64,000 nucleotides of DNA from Alphaproteobacteria bacterium (GTDB lineage Bacteria > Pseudomonadota > Alphaproteobacteria > SP197), in NCBI GenBank assembly GCA_964291415.2, contig OZ219918.1, positions 224,001 to 288,000 of the forward strand, read 5' to 3'. The first letter of the stretch is position 1; each line of letters opens with the position of its first letter. Shown piece after piece: positions 36,761-46,990 of this stretch. A program made the translations under genes and the position numbers. The notes beneath the pieces are model-generated. The model did not search any database and was not told the DNA's origin. It saw nothing but the letters and a program-made list of their open reading frames with translations.

Positions 36761-38293
36761 CTATCGGAGGAGGGCGCGTTCCTCCGTCCTCTGCCATGCC
36801 TCGCGATAGCTGCGCTGGTAGGTGTGGAAGGGATCGCTGGTGACGGCGTAGTCCCACACCGGCGGGCGGCCGTGCCTGTTGGCCTCGAAGATCGTCGTGC
36901 GCCGCCGGACGCTCTCTTCCACGAGGCCCGGCAGGTCGGCCACGTCCCACTGCCTCAGGATCTCCTGATGCAGGTCCTCCCGTGTCGCGGCATGGGCGGC
37001 ATCCTGCGCCAGGTCGCGACGCTCTTCGGGGTCCCTGGCGAGATCGAACAGCAGGGGGGCCGTCGTCTCGCAGTGAACGAACTTGTGGCGGCCGCGCCTG
37101 ATCATGAACCACGGTGCCGGCACGCCCTCGCCGCAGTACTCCGCGAGCACATCGCGCGGGGCGCCCGCGTCGTTTCCGCGCAGAACGTGCGCGAGGCTCC
37201 TGCCGTCGACCGGACCTGCGATGCTGCCGGTCTCCTCGTCGCCGGCAAGCTCCGCCAGCGTCGGGAGCATGTCGACGAGCGAGACGGGAGTCCGCACCCG
37301 TTTCGCAGCAAAGGCAGCGGGACAGTGGAACACGAGAGGCACCCGTTCTGCCCACTCGAAGAAGGTGCGCAACCCCCAGAGGCCGCGCTCTCCCAGCATG
37401 TTGCCGTGGTCGGCGGTGATGATGACGACGGTGTCGCTATCGAGGCGTGAGGCCTCGAGCGCGCCGAGGATCTGGCCGATCCTGTCGTCGATGTGACTGA
37501 GCATCGCGTAGTAGGCGTGACGTGCCCGGCGCACATGATCGTCGGTCACGCCGGCCTGCCCCATGCCGCCGTACTCGTGGAGATAGCGACTCAGTTCGTC
37601 ATGATCATCGACCGGGATCGGCGCGACCGCCGGCATGGGGATGTTCCCGTCGTCGTAACGATTCCAGTACTCGGCCGGCGAGGCGAAGGGAGGGTGGGGC
37701 TGGATGAACGAGACGGTCATCAGGAAGGGCCGGTCGGCCTCCTCGCGGGCCAGCTGGTAGATCCTGTTGACGGAGGTGAAGGTCACCTCGTCGTCAAAGT
37801 CGATTCCCAGGCAGCGCACGCAGGGGCCCGCCTCGATCACTTCGTCGAGATTCGGATAGTCGGGAAATCCCTCGTCCTCCCAGCGCGCGCCTCCGGGTGG
37901 CGGGCCCCAGCCGAAATCCGACGGCACCACGTCGGTCGTCAAGCGCTCCTCGAAGCCGTGCAGCTGATCGGGGCCCACGAAGTGCATCTTTCCGGAAAGA
38001 ATGGTCTGGTAGCCCGCCAGGCGCAGGTGGTGGGCAAAGGTGGGAACACTCGCCGGAAGCTCGCTGCCGTTGTCGTAAACACCGACCTTCGAGGGCAGGA
38101 GCCCTGTCAGGAACGAAGCGCGGGACGGTCCGCACAGGGGAGCGTTGCAGTACGCATTCTCGAAGACGATGCCCTCCTCGCCGAGCCGCTTCATGTGGGG
38201 CGCCCTGATCGTGCCGTCGCCGTACATGGGCAGCGCCAGGGCGCTCATGAAGTCGGCCATGATGATCACGATGTTGGGTTGGTTCCTGGTCAT
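36761..38293 (-). CDS. betC: Choline-sulfatase-like sulfatase
   Basis: CGPSR formylglycine motif, GKMHFVGPDQLHGFEERLTTD and PTFAHHLR typical of BetC. Confidence 0.8.
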   Translation of the reverse strand: MTRNQPNIVIIMADFMSALALPMYGDGTIRAPHMKRLGEEGIVFENAYCNAPLCGPSRASFLTGLLPSKVGVYDNGSELPASVPTFAHHLRLAGYQTILSGKMHFVGPDQLHGFEERLTTDVVPSDFGWGPPPGGARWEDEGFPDYPNLDEVIEAGPCVRCLGIDFDDEVTFTSVNRIYQLAREEADRPFLMTVSFIQPHPPFASPAEYWNRYDDGNIPMPAVAPIPVDDHDELSRYLHEYGGMGQAGVTDDHVRRARHAYYAMLSHIDDRIGQILGALEASRLDSDTVVIITADHGNMLGERGLWGLRTFFEWAERVPLVFHCPAAFAAKRVRTPVSLVDMLPTLAELAGDEETGSIAGPVDGRSLAHVLRGNDAGAPRDVLAEYCGEGVPAPWFMIRRGRHKFVHCETTAPLLFDLARDPEERRDLAQDAAHAATREDLHQEILRQWDVADLPGLVEESVRRRTTIFEANRHGRPPVWDYAVTSDPFHTYQRSYREAWQRTEERALLR

Positions 38294-38478
38294 GATGTCT
38301 CCCTCATCTCATGTCGAAGGGGCGCGCCATGCCACCGGGACTGAGGTCACGGAGCACACCGAGGAGGTTCCGGCGCCGTCGAGGGCGCCGTGCGTGAAAC
38401 GAGCCTGCTGTGCGCTCGCCCGGTTGACGGAATCGCGGTCATACACCTTGAACTGTGTCGGTGGGGAGTGACCGTCAT

Positions 38479-39186
38479 TCAACCCCCTTCTCCTGTTGGA
38501 TGAAGACTCTCCAACCGGTTGAGCCAGTCGGAAAAGTGAGGGCATTGCGTGCACATGCGCTGCAGGCCGATTTCCAGTGCGGCGAGAATACCCAGAAGTG
38601 GTTTCTCATATCCGTCAATCAGAGCCATGATCCGCTTCGACGGCGCTCCTTCCGGCGACTCATCGATCTCTTCCGGCGTCGGGAAGGTGTTCCTGATGTC
38701 CTGCAACCGCGGAGTCAGGTCCGGCCGCTCGATTCCAGTGCCGAACCTTTCGCAGTCGCTGAACAGCAGCGCCTCGTACTCGTGCATCATCACATACGGA
38801 ACGAATCGGCGCGTGTCGAAGCCGCCGCCCATTTCTCCGGCGATGTCTGCCAACAGGGCGTCCTGAATCGACGAGGCTCTGTCGGCAAAGGGACGCTGTG
38901 ACGCTTCCGCACGTCCCGGCCACGCTCCACCACCGCTCTGCGGAAGGCCGTAGTAATCCACCATCGTGGTGACGATGCGGTCCTGATCCTCGTGGAGATG
39001 GCGCACGATGTCCCGTCGCGCAGAGGGCCAGCCTCTGATGCCCCCTCGGTGGTCGCGCTGGCGCGCGTTTCCCATCAACCGCGCCCCGACCAACGAAAAG
39101 CCGCGGTCATAGAGGTGCGGCGCGAGAACCTCGTTGACGAAACTCTCTTCAGTCTGACCTTCGACGTGGACGAGGAGACGTGTCAT
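38479..39186 (-). CDS. DUF4276 family (TOPRIM-like) protein
   Basis: VEGQTEE, TTMVDYYGLP, HEYEALLFSD, PEEID..PSKRI, CPHFSDWL. Confidence 0.88.
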   Translation of the reverse strand: MTRLLVHVEGQTEESFVNEVLAPHLYDRGFSLVGARLMGNARQRDHRGGIRGWPSARRDIVRHLHEDQDRIVTTMVDYYGLPQSGGGAWPGRAEASQRPFADRASSIQDALLADIAGEMGGGFDTRRFVPYVMMHEYEALLFSDCERFGTGIERPDLTPRLQDIRNTFPTPEEIDESPEGAPSKRIMALIDGYEKPLLGILAALEIGLQRMCTQCPHFSDWLNRLESLHPTGEGG

Positions 39187-40220
39187 GCCTCGGGGGTGGG
39201 ACGCCCACCGAATTCATTCTTCTCCCAAAGTTGCCCGAGGCTGTACTCGTTCAGCCAGTCCCTCAGCCTCTCCGGTTCCAGCCTCGTCAGCTTGGTCGCC
39301 CCGTCCTCCCGATCAGCCACAAGCACGTCTTCCGGGTCGAAGTGATCGAGCAACAAGGGCGACTGTGTGGCGAGAATGACCTGAGTCTCTACGGATGCTT
39401 GTTTGACGAGCGATGCCAGAAGCGTGACTGCGTAGGGGTGCAAGCCGAGTTCCGGTTCGTCCATGAGGATGACGGACGGGCGGAGCGTCGCGGGCAGGAA
39501 CAGCAGCGTCGCGAGGGCGATGAATCTCAAGGTTCCGTCAGAAAGGGACGACGCGTCGAAATAGGCGTCCGACTTCCGATGCCGCCATTCAAGACGGATG
39601 GTGTCTTCATTCAACGCCAAGGGTTCCAGTTCAAAATCGTCGAAGAACGGTGCAGCGAGCCGCACCGTGCGTCGGATCATGCGGTACGCATCGGGGTGCT
39701 TTTGGCGCAGGCGATACAGAACGGCGGCGACGTTCGATCCATCCGCCTTCAGGTGGCGGTTGTCGTTCAGATCGGTCGTTTTCTTCATCGGAGACAACGG
39801 GCCGGTATCCTGAAAATGGTAGCAACGGAACTGACGGACTACGGCGAGTAGAGTCTTGGGAAAACTCCAGTTCTGGTCCCCCACAACAGGAAGCCTTCGT
39901 GCAACAAGCCTGTCGCCTGCAACTGCAATCAACTCTTGTCTGTACACCCTATGTATCTCATTGAATTTTATTTCGAAACTGATTCTCTCTGTGTTCTTGG
40001 CTCCAAAGTGCAGGATCTTGTCCGCTCCACCCGAGCGTACGACATGGTCGTCCACTTCACTGTCGTCACGAAGGGTGGTGCGCAACAGCGCCATGGCGCC
40101 GAAGACATTCGATTTGCCCGATCCGTTGGGTCCGATCAGCACGTTGATCCGGCCGAGACGCAATTCGAGACACCTGATGCTCTTGAAGCCTTCGATGGTG
40201 ATTCGGTCGAGCGCGGGCAT
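39183..40220 (-). CDS. AAA_21/ABC-type ATPase coupled to DUF4276
   Basis: GFKSI, GPNGSGKSN, YHF, LSDGTLR, DEPELGLHP, TQS; ATGA overlap with the downstream gene. Confidence 0.92.
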   Translation of the reverse strand: MPALDRITIEGFKSIRCLELRLGRINVLIGPNGSGKSNVFGAMALLRTTLRDDSEVDDHVVRSGGADKILHFGAKNTERISFEIKFNEIHRVYRQELIAVAGDRLVARRLPVVGDQNWSFPKTLLAVVRQFRCYHFQDTGPLSPMKKTTDLNDNRHLKADGSNVAAVLYRLRQKHPDAYRMIRRTVRLAAPFFDDFELEPLALNEDTIRLEWRHRKSDAYFDASSLSDGTLRFIALATLLFLPATLRPSVILMDEPELGLHPYAVTLLASLVKQASVETQVILATQSPLLLDHFDPEDVLVADREDGATKLTRLEPERLRDWLNEYSLGQLWEKNEFGGRPTPEA

Positions 40221-40318
40221 GGCGTCCCCCTCCTACACGCGGAACACCTTCAGCGCCACATCACCAGAGCGGTTGACGACCCTGAAGGCGATTCCGACAG
40301 AGCGTCAATATCGTACCT

Positions 40319-40966
40319 TTAAGACCCCTGGTCCTTCTGGGCGGCAATCCATTCCGCGTAGACAAGCTGGACGCTTGGCCGGGACATGACGGCGTCGGCA
40401 ATCCGCCTGACGTTGGGGAATTCCGCCGTCGTTGGATGGCCGAGCGACGGAGCAAGCCAGGTGGTCAGCATGAAGAGGTAGATATCGACCGCGCTGAACC
40501 GTTCGCCCAGGACCCATGCATGGTCGCCAATCTGATCGTCGATCACGTTCCACGTCTGGCGCAGTCGCCTGATGCCTCGTCTTCGGGCACTTGATTCGTC
40601 AGCGGGCGCATCGACGAAACGATCCGGATAATAGAAGGTCTGGAAGGCCATCTGCACGGTGTTCGAAAAGTACACCAGCGTCTGCAGGTACCGTGCACGT
40701 TCCGGCTCGTCGAACCCGGGCGCCAGGTTTGCCTCGGGATGACGATCGCACAGGAACACCGTGATCGCGGCGCACTCGTACATGCCCTTGTCGTCCCACA
40801 AGAGAACCGGTACCCAGCCGTTGGGGTTGACTGCCAGCTGTTCCGGCGGGCGTGGCGCGTCCATGTTGATCGTCGACTGGATCAGTTCGTAGGGCTTGCC
40901 GATTTCTTCCAGGATCACCCGAACCCCCTGGGCGGCACTGCCCTGTGCATAGAACAGTTTGTACAT
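40319..40966 (-). CDS. Glutathione S-transferase family protein
   Basis: NPNGWVPVL, ECAAI, GERFSAVDIYL. Confidence 0.9.
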   Translation of the reverse strand: MYKLFYAQGSAAQGVRVILEEIGKPYELIQSTINMDAPRPPEQLAVNPNGWVPVLLWDDKGMYECAAITVFLCDRHPEANLAPGFDEPERARYLQTLVYFSNTVQMAFQTFYYPDRFVDAPADESSARRRGIRRLRQTWNVIDDQIGDHAWVLGERFSAVDIYLFMLTTWLAPSLGHPTTAEFPNVRRIADAVMSRPSVQLVYAEWIAAQKDQGS

Positions 40967-41166
40967 GATGGGTTTCCTCCCCGTTCGTCCTTCAACAGCT
41001 TCACATGTCTGCGCAGGACTGTCCCCACTGGACACATGCGGATGCAGAGCGTCAAGACCTGAGTACAGCACAACTCCGGGAGCGCTCGAGAAGAGGTGGA
41101 GGAGTTGGTTGTCCGCTGTTCGAATGAGAGCGCATTGCAGCGGCGCCGGTGTTCGGCTTGCGGGCG

Positions 41167-41703
41167 TCAGCCGCGGCGCAGGATCCGAACCATGGCGTCG
41201 ACGGCGTGATCGACCGGACCGTCGTTGACCAGGGACTCCACATCGTCCCCCTCGACCGGGACGGCGCGCTGGATCCGTTCCTCCTGCTCGCCCGCTGGTT
41301 CCCGGCGCCTTCGGGCAAGCCGCTGCATCAGCAGCGTGGAGGGCGCATCGACATGGATGACGCGGACCCTTGGAAAGGCCCTGCGGGCTTCGGTAATGAC
41401 GCTGCGCGAGACGTTGGCGATGACGCAGCGGCCCTCTGCCAGCGCCTTCGAGATGTCCCGGGGCACGCCGTAGGCGAGGCCATGGGCGCGCCACGAGAGG
41501 GCGAACGCGCCTCGCCGTCTCTCCGCTTCGAAGTCCTCGGGAGCCATCGCGGTCTCGCCCGGGGCATGGCCCGGGCGGGTGACAGTGCGCCGGGCAAAGA
41601 CGAACCGTGCGTCCGCCTGCAGGCGGCACCGCGCACCATTGATGAGCGTGTCCTTGCCCGCCCCGCTTGGGCCGACGACGAGGAAGAGGGTGCCTGGCGC
41701 CAT
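41167..41703 (-). CDS. phnN: Ribose 1,5-bisphosphokinase PhnN
   Basis: VVGPSGAGKDTL, RRTVTRP, FALSWRAHGLAYG, ANVSR. Confidence 0.9.
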   Translation of the reverse strand: MAPGTLFLVVGPSGAGKDTLINGARCRLQADARFVFARRTVTRPGHAPGETAMAPEDFEAERRRGAFALSWRAHGLAYGVPRDISKALAEGRCVIANVSRSVITEARRAFPRVRVIHVDAPSTLLMQRLARRRREPAGEQEERIQRAVPVEGDDVESLVNDGPVDHAVDAMVRILRRG

Positions 41704-42635
41704 CAGGCGGGGCGCCGGAACGGTTCGCCCAGGGTTCTTGCGAATTGCTCGAAGTAGGTCGAGGTCACCGGTTCCTCGCCGCGCGCCGCGATGATTGCCT
41801 GGTGAAGTGCGGCAAGGCGGTGAAAGGGAACGCCTGGGTAGGTGTGGTGGGCCGTATGGTAGACCATCTGCCACGCCAGCCAGCGCATGAGAGGATTCGT
41901 GCGTACCGTGCGGGTGTTCGTCCAGGTGTCGCTGGTGAACGGCATGCCGGTGTGCTCGATGATGTTCTGGATCTGGTGTGTGAAGGACATGACCATCATC
42001 GGAGCCAGCCACATCGTGACGGCTGCCCACGAGCCGGTCCATAGGGAGAGCGCGGCGATGAGTGTGTAGCCGGCGAGATGCCAGCGAGCCTCGGCGACGA
42101 CGCGGCGCTCCATCTGCTCATCGAGGTAGTACTCGAATCGAGGCTGCTTGCGCCCGGTCACGGCGTGGCCAATGAGATTGGCGACGAGGCCCCGCCAGAA
42201 CGAGAGTCCGCTGAGACTGAACCAGCCTGCGAAGCGCCCGGAGTTCTCGAAGACGAGTTCCGAATCCCGTTCAGGGTCCTGGGTATGGCGATGGTGACAC
42301 AGGTGCTGCCAGCGATCGTGGTCGCGCGGATAGATCAGGATGAATCCGGTTATGCGGCCAAGCCACTCGTTCATCCACCGGCGGCGGAAGACCGTGTCAT
42401 GGCTCGCCTCGTGCTGAGCCGCGTAGAGCCAGTTGACGAGCATGCCGTGCACGGCGAAGAGGGGCACGCCCCACCAGCTTCCCCAGGTCAGCCACAGTCC
42501 GGTTCCGGTACAGGCGATCGCCGCGAGATGGCTTGCCAGCTGGAGGCCGCCCGCCATGTCGGACTTCTTCATGAGGCCGCGCAACAGGCCGGGGTCGACC
42601 CGCGCCTTGCCCGGTGCGGCAAAGTCCTCGTTCAA
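41703..42635 (-). CDS. Fatty acid desaturase family membrane protein
   Basis: His boxes HEASH, HLCHH, EH and HTAHH. Confidence 0.88.
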   Translation of the reverse strand: MNEDFAAPGKARVDPGLLRGLMKKSDMAGGLQLASHLAAIACTGTGLWLTWGSWWGVPLFAVHGMLVNWLYAAQHEASHDTVFRRRWMNEWLGRITGFILIYPRDHDRWQHLCHHRHTQDPERDSELVFENSGRFAGWFSLSGLSFWRGLVANLIGHAVTGRKQPRFEYYLDEQMERRVVAEARWHLAGYTLIAALSLWTGSWAAVTMWLAPMMVMSFTHQIQNIIEHTGMPFTSDTWTNTRTVRTNPLMRWLAWQMVYHTAHHTYPGVPFHRLAALHQAIIAARGEEPVTSTYFEQFARTLGEPFRRPA

Positions 42636-42715
42636 CGATGCCTCCCCGTGATCTGCCCGGTTTCCTGTTTCATTGTCCCATCATGGCAAGAGGAAGGCGA
42701 GGGTCCGAAGATCCG

Positions 42716-43048
42716 TCAGCGCAGGCGCCAGACGAGAAGCGCGGCAAACATGGCGACCGCAACGGGCCAGTGCCAGAAGGCCAGGCCTCCCTCGAGGCAG
42801 GCCAGCGCCAGCACGGAACTGATCGGGAGAAAGAAGCATCCGGCCGGAGTGGCCCAGATGAGCAGCCAGTCGTTGGTGAACTCCAGCAGGAAGCGGATGA
42901 CGCCGGGCGCTCTCCCTGGCACCGGCACCCTGGGATTGAGAAACAGGAACCAGATGCTGACGGCCATGACGCCGAGAGACATCAGGAAGAGTTGCAGCCG
43001 GTCGCCCTCCATGCCGGCGACGGAAATGACATCACCCGTGAAGAACAT
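42716..43048 (-). CDS. Small hypothetical membrane protein
   Basis: Three hydrophobic segments; fills the gap in a same-strand operon; start uncertain. Confidence 0.55.
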   Translation of the reverse strand: MFFTGDVISVAGMEGDRLQLFLMSLGVMAVSIWFLFLNPRVPVPGRAPGVIRFLLEFTNDWLLIWATPAGCFFLPISSVLALACLEGGLAFWHWPVAVAMFAALLVWRLR

Positions 43049-43870
43049 TCACGCACCCACCGGTTCGCCGGTGCCCGTACCTGACATCATGCCGGCACCG
43101 GCCTTCTCCAGCATCGTCATGGAGGGATAGTCGAGGATCATCAGGCCGCCGTCGACGATGAGTGTCTGCCCGGTGACGAAACTCGCTTCGTCGCTGGCAA
43201 GAAAGAGGACCGCCGCGGCGATCTCGGCCGGGGTGCCCATGCGTCCCAGGGCCGACGGCGGGAGAAACCACCCGTCCCCGCCCGAAGGCGGTTCCTCGGC
43301 GTCTCGTTCGGTGGTGATCCAGCCGGGTGAGACACCATTGCAGCGTACGCCGAGGCGCGCTCCTTCCGCCGCGAAGCTCCGCACCAGCGCCTCCACGCCG
43401 GCCTTTGCAATCCCGTAGGTCCCCCAGTTGCCATGCCAGGTCGCCGTCGAACTGATGCACACGATACTGCCGCGCCGGCGAGCCAGATGCGGCAGCGCGT
43501 GCGAGCTGACGAACCAGGGAGCATCGAGGTTGGGACCACGCAGTTTCTGCCAGCGCACTCCCGGTGGATCGTCGTCCCCGACTCCGGCGCGCCGGCCGCC
43601 GACCCCGGCGTTGTTGACGACAACATCGATGCCGCCGAACCGATCCACCACGCCCGCAACCATGGCGGCGCTGGCGTCTTCCGAGGAGAGTTCGCAAGGC
43701 CAGAATTCGGCTTCGGCGCCCGCCGCCTCAAGCTCGCCCAGCACGCGCTTTCCCCTTTTCTCGTTGCGCCCGACAATGGCGATTCGTGCCCCCTCGGCAG
43801 CGAATCTCTTCGCGATTCCCCGGCCGATTCCCGAGTTGCCTCCGGTGATCAGTGCCACCTTGTCTTTCAT
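43049..43870 (-). CDS. SDR family oxidoreductase
   Basis: TGGNSGIG, NNAG, YGIAK. Confidence 0.92.
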   Translation of the reverse strand: MKDKVALITGGNSGIGRGIAKRFAAEGARIAIVGRNEKRGKRVLGELEAAGAEAEFWPCELSSEDASAAMVAGVVDRFGGIDVVVNNAGVGGRRAGVGDDDPPGVRWQKLRGPNLDAPWFVSSHALPHLARRRGSIVCISSTATWHGNWGTYGIAKAGVEALVRSFAAEGARLGVRCNGVSPGWITTERDAEEPPSGGDGWFLPPSALGRMGTPAEIAAAVLFLASDEASFVTGQTLIVDGGLMILDYPSMTMLEKAGAGMMSGTGTGEPVGA

Positions 43871-43884
43871 GTGTCGTACCCCCT

Positions 43885-45255
43885 TCACGTGTTGAGGACG
43901 GCGATGTCCATCGGTGCGGCCACTCCCTCGACATCGCACGCGGCGACAACCTCCAGTGAATGTCCGGTCAACCCCTGTTGCTGCGCCAGATCAAGGGCGG
44001 CACGGGTCGCAACGAGTGACGAACCCTCAACCTTGCAGTGCTTTTCGAGCTTGGCGGCAAGATTGACCGCTTCGCCGATCACCGTGTACTCGAGCCGGGT
44101 TTCGTCACCGACGGTGCCAAAGATCACGGTCCCTGTGGCAAGGCCCATGCCCCACGCCAGGAGGCGCTGATCGCGCGATTGTCGGCGCTGGTTCCAGGCA
44201 TTCATCTGGTGATCGATGTCGAGCGCCGCCACGATGGCATCAGCCGCGAAGTTCTCGCTCGGCGCCGTGGCGCCAAAGGTGATCATCACGCCATCGCCCA
44301 TAAACTTGTCGATGGTGCCGCCATGTTTGCGGGCCGTCGACACGACGAGATGCTGGTAGCGCGACAGCATGGAAAGCGTCTGGCCCGGGCCGACACGGCC
44401 GGACAGCGCGGTGAATCCCCGCAGGTCCACGAACAGGATCGCGGCATCCCGCAGGACACCTTCTCCGGCTGCCACCACATCCTCGGAGTGGGTGATTCGG
44501 TCGGCGACTTCCGGAGCGAAGAAGCGGGTGAGATCCTTCGCCGCCTCGCTGACCGCCACCGAGCGGATGAGCTGCTTGTGCGCCCGGGTGAGCGCGATGA
44601 CGAGAATGCCGGTGACGAGGAGGAAGGTCAGAATCTTGTCGACCTCGCCGCCGATCAGGATATCGCTGGTGTAGAGGTAGTGGACGTAGTCGCGCGTGAC
44701 CTCGCTGGGAACCGGCGCCACGTAGAGCGCATAGAAGAGCAGCGCCAGCCATCCGACAATGGCCGTGGCGCCCGCCATCAGGACGTAGCGCGGATCAAAG
44801 CGCAGGGTGCGCAGCGCGATCAGAACGAAGAGATAGAGCATGGTCGGCACCTGCAGGGAGAAGCCCGGGGGCTGGGCGTACTGCAGGTGGAAACTCCAGA
44901 TCGTCACCAGCAGGACGGCGATGTCGACCACGATCGACATGACGATCATCCAGTTGGGCAGGCGCCTGGCATGAGCAAGGAAGAGGCGTGTCACCGTGAA
45001 CAGGAAATAAGTGCCGAGCGCCCAGGGCACCGGCTCGAGCATGGTGTCTTCGGGGAATGTCTTGGGCGAGATCGTGTAAAGCACGGCGAAGAGGATGATG
45101 CCGATCATCTGGACCCAACCGATCAGCACCTCGCTGTCGGCCTGGTCGCGGGCTATCTGGTTCCTGACACGCTCGGGCAGGTGGCCTTCCACCGGTTCGC
45201 CGAAGAGCAGGGTCCGAAGCCTGGCGGCAGTGGCCTTCATGACCGGGTCATCCAC
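43885..45255 (-). CDS. Membrane-bound class III adenylate/guanylate cyclase
   Basis: N-terminal TM helices; ILFVDLRGFT, DKFMGDG, EYTVIGEAVNLAAKL. Confidence 0.92.
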   Translation of the reverse strand: MDDPVMKATAARLRTLLFGEPVEGHLPERVRNQIARDQADSEVLIGWVQMIGIILFAVLYTISPKTFPEDTMLEPVPWALGTYFLFTVTRLFLAHARRLPNWMIVMSIVVDIAVLLVTIWSFHLQYAQPPGFSLQVPTMLYLFVLIALRTLRFDPRYVLMAGATAIVGWLALLFYALYVAPVPSEVTRDYVHYLYTSDILIGGEVDKILTFLLVTGILVIALTRAHKQLIRSVAVSEAAKDLTRFFAPEVADRITHSEDVVAAGEGVLRDAAILFVDLRGFTALSGRVGPGQTLSMLSRYQHLVVSTARKHGGTIDKFMGDGVMITFGATAPSENFAADAIVAALDIDHQMNAWNQRRQSRDQRLLAWGMGLATGTVIFGTVGDETRLEYTVIGEAVNLAAKLEKHCKVEGSSLVATRAALDLAQQQGLTGHSLEVVAACDVEGVAAPMDIAVLNT

Positions 45256-46073
45256 AGGCTGGTCTCGAGAGCGCCCGTCGCAAGCGGGATGTCTCCCAGA
45301 ACACCCGAAGAGAGGCGCTCCGGATGCCGCCGGGTCATGTAGTGGCTGGCAAAGAGCGGCGTCCAGGATCCTCCGGTCAGCATGGGCGCCACCACGAGTT
45401 GCTCATTGTAGGCGCGCCAGTCCCAGGCGCGCGGGTAGTCGAAGGGCAGAAAGATGTCGTGGACATGGACGATGACCCCAACGGGGAGGTCGGGCACGAT
45501 CCGGTTGAAGATTTCGTCCACGTCGCTTCCCGGCATGGCGACATGGCTTGAGTCGATGAACAGCATATCGCCCTTTCCCAGATCTTCCACGACAGCGGGA
45601 TCGGCGTCGTGAAGCATGGATTTCATCCACGTGACGCCTTGGGCGGGAAGGGGGGCCCGCGGTTCGGGGTCGATGGCGACAAGGCGGGTGTTCAGGGCGC
45701 CGTCGGCAATGGCGCGGGCCATGAAACGGGTGCTGTGTCCAGAACCGATTTCGACGATGCGCGAGGGCTTCCGCATACGCACCATGGCATAGAGAACGGC
45801 AGCGTCCAGCCGCGGAAACCAGTCCTGGCTCCAGCGCGCTCCGGGAGCCGGATTGTCATGACCGATGGCCTTCAGGTCATCACGGAACTGCTCGAGCCCG
45901 GTGACGATGTCGCAGAAGGAATCGACATGTGAGGCGAACAGCCGGTCGACCGCCTGATAGCCCGCGATGGCGGGGAAGTTGCCGGCATGACGGCACGGAA
46001 TGAAGTACCCCTGACGGTCCAGTCCCGTCACCGTCGCAAGCGCCATTCCCAGGCGCCGGGCATAGCCGGTCAA
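45237..46073 (-). CDS. Class I SAM-dependent methyltransferase (Methyltransf_24-like)
   Basis: VEIGSGHST, LFIDSSH, HVHDIFLPFDYP. Confidence 0.88.
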   Translation of the reverse strand: MTGYARRLGMALATVTGLDRQGYFIPCRHAGNFPAIAGYQAVDRLFASHVDSFCDIVTGLEQFRDDLKAIGHDNPAPGARWSQDWFPRLDAAVLYAMVRMRKPSRIVEIGSGHSTRFMARAIADGALNTRLVAIDPEPRAPLPAQGVTWMKSMLHDADPAVVEDLGKGDMLFIDSSHVAMPGSDVDEIFNRIVPDLPVGVIVHVHDIFLPFDYPRAWDWRAYNEQLVVAPMLTGGSWTPLFASHYMTRRHPERLSSGVLGDIPLATGALETSLWMTRS

Positions 46074-46900
46074 GGGATGAGCACCAGACCTTCGCGCGCA
46101 ACGACGGACCCGGGGCGCCGCTGCTCGATCTCGGCGGCGATCGCATCCATGCGGTCATCGTCGTGCGAGGGGTCATGGTGAAAGGCAACGAAGGTTTTCA
46201 CCGAGGCGGCATCGGCGAGTCGCACGCCTTCCTGCCATGTCGAGTGACCCCAGTTCACGAAGGCCGGAAACTCCTCGTCGGTGTAGGATGAATCGTAAAT
46301 CATCAGATCACACCCGGCGATGAGGTCGAGGATGTTGCGGTCCGGCGCCCCCACCACATGCTCGGTGTCGGTCACGTAGCACAGCGCCCTGCCATCATGT
46401 TCGACGCGGTAGCCGCAGGCGCCGTTGGGATGGTTGAGGGGCGCGGTGGCGATCTTCAGTCCCGCGTGGGGTGCGAGGACGTCACCGGCGCGGAAGGTCT
46501 TCCACGTGATGGTGGCGCGAAGCGAGTCCGCGGTCACCGGCGTTTGCGGATCTTCCAGGAAGTGACGCACCACGTTCTCGAGAACCCGGGGCGATTCGAT
46601 GTGGCCGGCCCACACCGTCAGGCGTGTTTCGGGGTGATTGAGAGCGTTGAAGAGGGCCACGCCACAGACATGGTCGAGGTGGGTGTGCGTGAGGAAGAGA
46701 TCCGCATCGACCGGTCCCTCGCCAAGAGAATCGGACAGGGACCCGAGCCCGGTTCCGGCATCGAAGATGAGGAGCCTGTTGGCGCAGCGGACCTCGAGGC
46801 AGGACGTGTTGCCGCCATAGCGCCGGGTTCCGGGATCGCTGCAGGCGATGCTGCCGCGCACTCCACGGAACCTGACCATGAACTCAAGTGCCGATGGCAT
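46070..46900 (-). CDS. MBL-fold metallo-hydrolase (phosphodiesterase / RNase Z-like)
   Basis: GVRGS, YGGNTSC, THTHLDH, WGHS, FHHDP. Confidence 0.92.
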   Translation of the reverse strand: MPSALEFMVRFRGVRGSIACSDPGTRRYGGNTSCLEVRCANRLLIFDAGTGLGSLSDSLGEGPVDADLFLTHTHLDHVCGVALFNALNHPETRLTVWAGHIESPRVLENVVRHFLEDPQTPVTADSLRATITWKTFRAGDVLAPHAGLKIATAPLNHPNGACGYRVEHDGRALCYVTDTEHVVGAPDRNILDLIAGCDLMIYDSSYTDEEFPAFVNWGHSTWQEGVRLADAASVKTFVAFHHDPSHDDDRMDAIAAEIEQRRPGSVVAREGLVLIP

Positions 46901-46990
46901 GGCTGCCTCACGTTGGTATGGACGGTCGTTTCATGGTTCCTGCCAAGGGTATATGGTCGCGGTCCCCTTGACCACGCCGGGAGACATGGG

